NCBI RefSeq assembly: GCF_009914755.1 | Contig: NC_060929.1 | Strand: one strand, 5' to 3' | Source of the DNA: the human T2T-CHM13v2.0 reference genome, Homo sapiens | Length of the DNA stretch: 64,000 nt | Shown: positions 54,691 to 64,000 of the stretch, in pieces | Numbering within the stretch: position 1 is the first letter of the stretch | Layout: each line of letters begins with the position of its first letter | The notes under the pieces: model-generated | Seen by the model: only the letters and a program-made list of their open reading frames with translations | What the model was told of the DNA's origin: nothing | Database searches by the model: none | Position numbers and translations under genes: made by a program

Positions 54691-56865
54691 CACTTGCCAT
54701 TGAGCAATACGGTATCATTACCTTCATTATACAGATGAGGGACTTGGGTATCAGAGAATGTATATAACCTGCTCAATGATAGACAGGTAATATGTGGCAG
54801 TAAGTTTTGCAATTCAAAGTCAGGGCTTTGTTGCTGAATTCCACACTCTTTCATACTATATGGTAGGCTCTGCATACAGTATCTAGCACAAACGGGCAAT
54901 ATTATCATAAATAATATTTGTAGACACAATGGGTCATTATATTATTATCGCTGTTATTATTCTGATTTCCAGGAGTCTTGCACAATTTTGCTACAGTGAC
55001 CATTATAATTGCTGTCCATATAAAGTAGAAAAGTGGCAGCAAGTGACATGTCTCTTCTTAGACTAGAGTCTGGAGCACAATGAATTTAATGATTTAGCTG
55101 ATGATAGAAATTTTTGAAACTTAGAATTCTCTATTTTATTATCTATTCAAGGCACAAAGTTCAAAAGTAATCTCTAGGTTCCAGATGTGTAAAGCAAGTT
55201 AATTTTTTTTCTAAGAGTCATAAAAGCTGTGTTTTTATCTACTTTCTGGAATTTTATAGTTTTAAATTGTCAACATTATTTGCTATAGCTGGTATAGATA
55301 CACACCAAAATAAGAATTCATGGGCTAGTCCTCTTATAATTCATTGCATAGTCACTTGTCATTTGCATTTATATTTTGAATTTCCTCATTAATGACTAAC
55401 CTTTAAATTCAATGCCCTGTGTGCCTGTTTTCTGAGATACATTTTCTTCCTTGATACCATTAATTTGAATATTTATGACTCTTTCTTTATACCTTTCCTT
55501 CACATTATTTGTTGCATGTAGATGACCTTGAATTTGTCAGGGATCCTTAACTCTTGTGCAGAATTTTGGCTGAATTACTGTGGTCAAACTGCTTTTTGGT
55601 CTAAGCACAGCAAGGGGCGTGAATAAAGTAAAATCGAAATGCTGTCCTGCTGCTGATTTCTTTTGTGACACTAGAGAAATTGCTGGCCTGCTCAACTCCC
55701 TTCCCCTCTCATGACTGAGCTGGTAATCAACAATCTTCTCTTCCCAGACTATTAGGTTCTGGGCTTTTTGTGATGTGTCAAATGTTGCAATGGTTTATGC
55801 TGTTTTTATTTCAGGGGAGGAGTAGCACTTACTAATCTTACAAAAGTGTTGTGAAAATTAATTAGTTAATGTTCACGAATACTTTGAAGATTAAACACCC
55901 AGTGTAAATACTTATTATTGTTTTATGCACACCAAGAGCCTAGCTAGGCAGGCGAATGTGTTTCCCAGAGATGAAAGGATTATGCAACATAGAAAATTGT
56001 GGTTTAGTGCTTTAAGTTTGGCAGACAGGTTATTCAGGATTGCATATGTGGGAATTGCTCTCACCAGAGCACAAAGGTCCCAACAAGGCCTGGAATAAAG
56101 CCATTTGTTATAACTACTGTTGACTTCCAAAGTATTCAAGCCAAGATGAATTTATTGCATGATATTGAGTGTGATGATAAGGTTGATGAGTTTCTCAGGT
56201 AGAGATGAAAGCAAAAGGAAGGGTAGTTCCAGGACTCTGAGGAGCTAATGCTATTGAAGAACCCTCACAACACTATTCAGTGATAAGATGGAGTGCTAAT
56301 TGACTGGAACCAGGCGTGGTCAATCTCAACACGTTCAGCATGACCCCAGCTGAGGTCAGAGCCATTAAGTAGAGTCTGCAGATCTGGAAATATTATCTTA
56401 ATCTTGAGCACGGGTAGTGAAGTTTAAATAGGTACAGCTTTTTTGGAGAAGTTGATAACACGTACCTACAGCATTAAAAGGATACAAACATTTAAGTCAG
56501 AAATTTCTCTCTTAGGAATTAATTATCATTAGGGATATTTATTTGTTTACTTTTAAAAGTAAAAAACAGGAGCTTACTAGTGGTGGGCTGAAGAGAGGTG
56601 GGGAACTCAGGACTTAGAGACAGAGTGTGGACAATTGTTAAAAATTGTAAAAATTTTTAACAATATAAATGTCCAATAATGAAGGATTGATGAAATAAAT
56701 TATAGTTCCAGCATAAAGTGAAATATTGTAAAGCCATTAGAGATGAGATTCTAGACAGTTGTTTATTAACAAGAAGAGATATCCAAAGTACATTGTTTAA
56801 AAAAATCCAGATAAGAAAAAAATATACCATGATGAAGAGATTTTTGGAGATTTTGAAGTGTATTT

Positions 56866-57153
56866 TTAATTTTTATTTGTTAGACAGGGTCTCACTCCAT
56901 CTCCCAGGCTGGATTGCAATGGGTCAGTTTTGGCTCACTGCAACCTCTGCCTCCCAGGTTCAAGCAATTCTCATGCCTCAGCCTCCTGAATAGCTGGGAT
57001 TACAGCTGTGCGCCAACATGCCCTGCTAATTTTTGTATTTTTAGTAGAGACAGGGTTTTGCCATGTTGGCCAGGCTTGTCTCGAACCCTTGGCCTCAAGT
57101 GATCCGCCCACCTTCGCCTCCCAAAGTGCTAGGATTATAGGCGTGAGCCCTGC
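56866..57153 (-). mobile_element. Alu
   Basis: Alu reverse complement. Confidence 0.93.
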
Positions 57154-57161
57154 CTGAAGTA

Positions 57162-57162
<1 letters not shown>

Positions 57163-57192
<30 letters not shown>

Positions 57193-57301
57193 GGAATACC
57201 CAGAATTGCCCAGGCTGGACTTGAATTCCTGGGCTCAGGTAGTCCTCCCACCTCAGCCTCCTGGGTATCTGGGACTATAGGTGTGTGCCACCATGCCTGG
57301 C
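57163..57301 (-). mobile_element. FLAM-like Alu monomer with a long pure poly(A)
   Basis: Long T run then a single arm; flanked by TGAAGTAT on both sides. Confidence 0.75.
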
Positions 57302-57649
57302 TTTGAAGTATTTTTGTTGTCTTATCCGTTTATCCCTATTTTATAATTTCTCTACACTGAATGTTTATTGCTATTGTAATTAAAAAGAAGTTATTTATAA
57401 AAAAAGAAAATATACATTCTCAGCATTCATGGGGAAGGGAATATACAAAATAATAAGGCCATAAGATTTCTACAAAACCTTTGGAAAAAATCCAAAACAA
57501 ATATATGGGGGAGAAATGAATGATAAAGTAGTTCAGTTGTCTGATCGTTTATCTGGCTTCTTGGCCTTAAGTTTTCCTGAAACCTTGGCTCCGGGTTTTG
57601 CCCCTGCTGGCCTTCATGACCAACTCTTCCTGGGCTCAGGGTCACAACC

Positions 57650-58066
57650 CAGTAGGGCCTCTCCTTAGGCCGGTATGTACTCTTGTCTTCCATGCAAGCT
57701 GAGGCTTCAGATACTGGGGATCTACTCTGCACCCACCAGAAGCACAAATTAGCAGTACAGGGGACTTAGTGCCCTGTGGGAAGAGCCTTTGAAGACAGGG
57801 GTCAATGGATGTAGTTTCCTTCCTTCCTCTCCCGGCCTCACTGTCCTGAGATGCAGTAGCTCATATGTCTCTCTGAAGACTCTACTGCAAGAATTAGCAA
57901 TTGGTACCACTCCATACACGGAGGCAGCCAGCTCTCTAAGGCACTTGGGCTCTTCCCTCCTCTGCCCTTTTTCCCATTTCACTTCTTCCCTGCATTGCCT
58001 TCTCCAGTAAAGTGGTCTGAAGATCTGCCTCAAGCTCTGCTTTCTGGGGAGCACCAAGCTAAGACA
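57650..58066 (+). mobile_element. Old ERVL LTR (LTR16-like)
   Basis: Ends CTCAAGCTCTGCTTTCTGGGGAGCACCAAGCTAAGACA. Confidence 0.6.
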
Positions 58067-58551
58067 CATTTTGTGAGACACAGGCAAAAAAGCACTGGAT
58101 TTCATAGGTACCATTCATTCAATCAAGTATAAAATAAAAACTAGCATTTACTGAATGGTTTCTGTGTACCAGCTGTAGATATTATATAATTAAATCTCCA
58201 TAACAATATTTACATTTATAATTGAAGAAACTTTGGACTAGAGAGATTAAGAAACATACCCAAGGTCCCAGAGTGCGGGGTTTGAACTTAGGTGTGTCTA
58301 ATACCAAATTTGGTGTCCCTCATACCACAGGGTGTACATGGTTTAGAAACATGATCTAAAGAAGAATCTTAAGAGATATTTCCTACTTCAAAAATTGTAT
58401 AGTTAGGGTAAGCAGCTACAACTAGGACACATAAAGCAATAATAAAGAATGGAAGGTGTTTAATTAAATGTTAAATTGTATGACACAGACTGCAGTTGCT
58501 ATCAAATTTAGAAATACAAGAGAAATTCACAAGGCCTGAAGGAATCCTTAT

Positions 58552-58928
58552 TGTTACGCATGTCCGTATAAGAGACCACCTGAGCAGGCTTAGTGTGAGT
58601 AAAAAATGCAGGTGCGCTGAGTCCGAGAAAGGAGTCGGCGAAGGGTGGTGGGATTATCATTGGTTGTTATAGGTTTGGGATGGGTGGTGGAGTTAGGAGC
58701 AATTTTTTGCAGGCAGGGGATGGATGTTACAAAGCACATTCTTAAGGGCGGGAAGAATATAACAAAGTACATTCACAGAGGCAGGAAGGGTGCACTGTCA
58801 CAAGGGCGGGGAGGAATGTTACAAAGTACATTCACAAGGATGGGGAATATCACAAAGTACATTATCACAAGGGCGGGGGAATGTCACGATGGCTTGACCA
58901 TGGTGCAGCCAGCTCCGAGGATTTTACA
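58552..58928 (-). mobile_element. Solo LTR of the HERV-H/F group (LTR21B/LTR7-related)
   Basis: TG...CA termini; TSD CTTAT/CTTAC; U5 resembles LTR7 at 489-600; tandem ACAAAGTACATT repeats. Confidence 0.85.
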
Positions 58929-60589
58929 CTTACCAGGAAGGATGCTGAACTAAAGCTGAATCTTAAAAGATAGAGGAGACAATCTTTTCTTAAATGATTG
59001 AGAAGACAGAGGGAAAAGTGCGTAAAGCCAGAGGTTCATAACTGAGACTACAGAGGAGAGGGTTAGCATGACATGTTTGTGAAATAGAGAGAGAAGTCAG
59101 AATAAAAGAAAAATTACCTGTGTGGGACTTAGGCTCAGTTCCTGGGGAGCTGGATTATCATGGTCCTTGAATACAAGCAGAAGCATTTATGTGTGTTTTG
59201 TGGGAAGAAGAAGACATTCAAACCTTCTGAGCAGGAGAAAGATATGATAAATCAATGGATAGAATGATTTTTTAGGGAGGAAGGATGTGAAGACAGGGAA
59301 ATTTCGCTATTGTGTTGAAGTCATGAAATACTATAATATTTTGCCTGGTAGGTGTTGTAAGACTATTGTGTTTATAAAGTAAATGCAGACACAGATCTGA
59401 TGCAGCAATTATAAAATGGCATATCATGAGTCTTCATTTTATGAAAATATGAGTTAGAAGTCTCTAGAGTCATCTGTTCCAAAGATGTAAGCTCCTGTAA
59501 CAGTAACATCATATTTAATACTTCTTATGTGCTGGGCACTGTGCTAAGTTCTTAACATGTCATTATTCTTTAAAATTCCTTTATTATCTCCCATTTACAC
59601 TTGAGGAAACTCATGTTGAAAGAAGTTCAGTAAGTCATTCAAGTTTTGTGGATAGTGAACAGTAAGAGTCTGAATTCCAATCTTGATCTGTTTGACTCTG
59701 GTTAGAGTCCTCTCTCTTCTGACTCTTTTGGAAGTCATCCTCCCAAAGCCCTTCCCCTGGGAAGGTGCAAGAGTGCCACTTGTTCTTTACATGCATCTAT
59801 ACCAATTACTTAAAATTTAAGAACTTCTCAGGTTATAAGGATCTCAAAAACCTTTGCATCAACGTAGCCAGCTGACAAATTCTCCAGGTAAGTTGATTTG
59901 GCATTGAGAGAATTTAATTCAGAGCAGTTTCCTATCACTCATAGACTATAGCAAAATTAAATAAATACATTTGCCAGCATACTTATGTTGACATACCTGT
60001 TCACGATTAAAAAAAAAAAGCCAAAAATCCCCATGGGAAAAAAATTCTAGCAATTAGAGAGAGGAAGTAGTGACATCTTTTAAGAAAATCAATATGAGTT
60101 TTTCCACAGGGAGAGCTTGTTGGACTGACAAAAATAAGTGCAAGCAAAACAAGTAAAAATTGGAGATTTTTTTTTTAAAATAGTAAGATCAAGTCCTCCA
60201 GTGAGTGCATTTCAGTAGGGTAGGTTTTGTATTCAGGTAAGCTGGGTGGCAGCCTCCCTGCTGCAATCTGAGGGGTTCTGAAAGAGATTTCTCAATCTAA
60301 TAGAACTGCACATTCATAATTACAGGTGCTTGCAATTTCAGCAATTAGGTATTCCTTTCTGTCTTCAAATAAAGGCTTTGGGGCCTTCTGAGTTACTTAT
60401 TAAAATGCAAATACTCCTGGGAAGCATAACACCTTGGATTCTTTTCTGGTAATGTGTGGAAGATTTAATTTAATTCAGTTCATTTCAGTTCACTTGACGT
60501 CGATTTAATTCATTTGAGTTCCTACTAAGTGCAAAGCTCTTTGCTGGATCTTCACTGTGGGAAGAAAAGAGAAATTTCAATCTTTCATC

Positions 60590-60770
60590 AACTTCTTAAA
60601 GGGACAGATAGTAAATATGTTTGTCTTTGTGGGCTATATGATCTCTTTTGTAATACTCAACTCTGTCATTGTAACCAGAAAGCAACATGTACATCGATGA
60701 TCATGGCTATGTTCCAGTAGAACCTTATTTACCAGACAGGCTGTGAGCTGGATGCTGACCCCTGCTCTAG
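60590..60770. mobile_element. MER58-type DNA transposon relic
   Basis: AAAGGGACAGATAGTAAATATG...ACTCAACTCTGTCATTGTA...TGTTCCAGTAGAACCTTATTTA. Confidence 0.7.
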
Positions 60771-61336
60771 ATGCTTATAATCAGGAAGGGATTTACTTAA
60801 GCTTATTCTCTGATGAAATAAAACCCCAAGAGGAATTTGTAGGACATTTGACTTAACTGGAAAATCACTGGAATCACTTGGAGAACCTTCTAAAATAGGC
60901 ATGTATGAGTCACCCGCTCAGGCCCAGAGATTCACAGGGAATTGGTCTGGGGGTGTGACCTGGGCATGGGGATTTTCAAAGCTCTCCAGTATTAGGGTTG
61001 CTAATACGCAATAAAGTTTGAAAAGCACTATTGAGGGCAATATCTCGAAATATTGTCAGATGCAAGGAGGCTCCAGCAGGCAGTATAGGGCTGGGGAATG
61101 GGGATTAACAAAGGCTTGCCGTGTTTTTCACTCTTTTGGGAAAAGAACAATTAGGATGGAAATTTTTCCATCACACTGCGGAACTCAAAAGAAGTTTAAG
61201 AAACTTTATTTGCAGAGAGTTCAGCAACTCGTGATGTGTGGTTTTAAAAAATCAGAACAGACTGAACATGGGAAATACTGCAGCCCCAATCCCTTCCGTT
61301 GGCCTGGCTCTGGAACACCTGTATTCAGATGCTCCC

Positions 61337-61814
61337 TGTGTTAGTTTCCAAGTGCTGCTGTAACAAAGTCCTACAAACTGTGGGACTTAAAACAATAGAA
61401 CTTTACTATCTTATGGTTCTGGAGGCTAGGAGCCTAAAGTCAGGGTGTCAGCAGGGCCATGATCTCTCAGGGACGGAGGGGAGGATCTCTTCTATCCCTT
61501 TCTCCTAGCTTTGGTGGTTATTGGTAGTCAATCCTTAGTGTTCCTTGCCATCTAGATGCAGCACTCTAATCTCTGCCTCCATCATCATGTGCTGTTCTCC
61601 TCTATGTGTGTCTATCTCTGTGTCTTCTCTCCTCTTCTTATAAAGACACCAGTCATCTTGGGTTAAGGGCTCACCCTACTCTACAATGACCTCATTTTAA
61701 CTTACGTTGAATTAGATCTGCAAAGACCCTATTTCCAAATCAGGTCACATTCACTAGTACTGGGTGTTAAGACTTCTACATATCTTTCTGGAGGACAAAA
61801 TTCAACCCCAAACA
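61337..61814 (-). mobile_element. MLT1 (MaLR) LTR
   Basis: TGTGTTAGTTTCC...GCTGCTGTAACAAA...AAAGACCCTATTTCCAAAT...ATTCAACCCCAAACA. Confidence 0.88.
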
Positions 61815-64000
61815 CTACTTCATGAGGATTTTCTTAATCCTAGTTTTTGAAGAACAGAAATAACATGGAATAGTGAAGGAGCTTGAATCCTGAGGCAGAA
61901 TTTGTGGCCTCATCTGTAAAATGTGACTAAGAATCAGGAAAAATGATATTCAGGAGACATGCGAAGATGCTTTTCAAAAGAAAAAGCTCTATAAAATTTA
62001 AAGTATGAAATATAAGGGTACCTAAGTAAATCAATTAAAAATGTGTATATTATGTAATTAGACAGTCTGGATTGAATTAAGAAGGAAGCTCAAGGCCACA
62101 TTCATGGTCTCTGCGGTGGTAGTGAAGTCTTGGTGTACAGGGCAAGTTTTAACCACAAACCACTAGAGCTTAGGGTGTACCCTAATCACTCCTGGGGAAG
62201 ATTGTGCTTTGGAAAGATGTTGTCCCTTTAATTTCTAGGAAGCAATAAACACAGCTTGTTCTCATTTTGCCAGTTTGTCACAAAGAAGGGTGGCTCCTCT
62301 GGATAAATCACCTACCTCCTTATTTTCTCAATGGAAAGAACACATCTGAGTTGCCACTTCAAGCACTGAGTAGACTCAGCACCAAGTGAGAAATTGCATG
62401 GCATTGTAGAAAATTGAGAGAACTCGTGCCTTAAGTTGGGCGAGACATTGTGCCTCAGTGTCTTTCTTCTGTAAAATGGAGAAAAGAGACCAGTACCAGA
62501 GATTTGCTGTGAGTGTTCATTGAAATAAGAGGTAAGCTTCATGGCAAGTGGTTGGTGGTCAATACGTTAATAAGGCATAGGGACAGAAGACTGGCATTTT
62601 AATTCTTTGCAATTCAAAGCCAGCATTAGGATAAGACTGTATTAGCAGAGTTGAAGGGACAAAAGATGCCCTGTAGAATGCTAAAATGGCTACTCAGGAA
62701 GATCAGTAGTGCTCAGGATGGACCGAAAAAAGTTTTGCCAAGAGAGATGAAGTCTCTCTTCGAAGCCTGTGTCTTCATGTGTGCAGGATTGAGGGAGGGC
62801 CACGGCCCCAGCAGGCAGCTTGAGCTGGATGGCCAGAGTCCAGTTGGCACTGTGTCTGCCCAGGTGAATACTCACCCAGAGGACTGCCAATCAACAGCAG
62901 CAGGTGCCAGCCACAGCCAAAGGCCGGCTTCTACAGGGCAGGTGGGTAAAAAGCGCTGCTCCATTCCCCCACCCCTCCCATGACCCAGAGCTTAATTTTC
63001 ATTTGCAGAGTTTCCATTTGGCATACTGATCTTCCTTTAGTGGGGAATACCAATAAAGCTGGGGTCAGCTGGGGCCTTGAGTCTTCCTCTATGAAGAATT
63101 TAAAATTACTCCAATGGTCGTTGTGGGCATCCACAGGGCAAAGAAAAGTCTGTTTATTCATTTTCCCCCCTTTCCTCCTTCTCCCAACTTCTTCAGAACT
63201 TTTGCCCTCTTTGTCACTTTGTTGGGTTGCCAATCGACCTTCCCTTCTCCTCCCACTTAGAGATGGGGTTCCTAGCTTCAGGCAGTGAGGTTGAGGGAGA
63301 ATTGGTCAGAGGCACAGATTTTGAAGAGAAATGAGAACTGATGATTCTGTTCGAGGAGATGATGTCTCATTTATTAGCATCTGTGTGTGCGTGTGTGTGT
63401 TTGTGTTGGGGATGGTGGTGAGAGTGTTTTCAGGCCTGTTATTAAAATGAATCAAGAATAGAGACTTTCACCCAGGGACCAAAAAAGAGGGGTATCTGGA
63501 CGATAAATTACCATCAAGCCAGTCTCTCTCCTCACCCTCCTCCCATCCCACTCTTCCATGTGGGTAAAATCAGGAGTATATTAATTGTAGGGTAATTAAA
63601 ATGCTGTGGGTGAAAGGGTGAGATTAAAGGTTGGAAAGTTGAATTAGCAGGTGCCTGTTCTAAAATGCAGGTGAGCTGTTAGCCCTGAAGCAATCAAGAA
63701 AAGAAAACCAAACTACTGCCAACTAATAATGCATGTCAAGTCTCATCTCCTTGTTGTCTCCTCACATTTGGATGCAAACCCAGCCTAATTTATAGCAGGA
63801 GACAACATGGCAAAAGGGGGTTATTTTGGTTTTCTTTTGTTTTGGAATTCTGAATATGCAACTTTGGATTTGGTAGCCTAAGCCTGAAAAGCGACTAGTT
63901 GTCAGTGAGAAGTAAAGCAAATGTACCCAGAGTTGATTCAGATCTTAAAATGATTAGGGGTGAGTGTTTACTCTCAGAACAATTCATGACTTGGGAAGAT

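Noticed and set aside
62651-63288. 100-110 aa ORFs in a GC-richer unique stretch
   Set aside because: No homology I recognise; open on both strands, consistent with chance

Overview
Primate (very probably human) non-coding genomic DNA. I can support no protein-coding gene, RNA gene or CRISPR-like system; the ORF track is explained by repeats and chance. The first ~17 kb is a dense pile of endogenous retroviral LTRs: the 5' end of a HERV-H/LTR7 provirus nested antisense in a MER61-type provirus, a solo LTR12, MER31, MER39, LTR1/27-like, several MER34/MER92-like LTRs and THE1. There are about 17 Alu/FLAM copies, plus L1, L2, MIR, MaLR and DNA-transposon relics. 29.7-44.2 kb is Alu-free and mostly unique. 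The most interesting signals are structural: (1) a 117-bp foreign patch in the HERV-H leader that creates the first AUG, while the splice donor and TATA are mutated; (2) an L1-mobilised poly(A)+ retrocopy of an LTR R-region with a 17-bp TSD; (3) an internally deleted L1 keeping both termini and a TSD; (4) a 73-bp templated insertion with a snap-back hairpin; (5) a decayed foldback element; (6) a pre-miRNA-sized hairpin; (7) a candidate spliced lncRNA ending in a THE1 LTR. Subfamily names are from recalled consensus sequences and need RepeatMasker/Dfam confirmation. I cannot claim a wholly new biological system.
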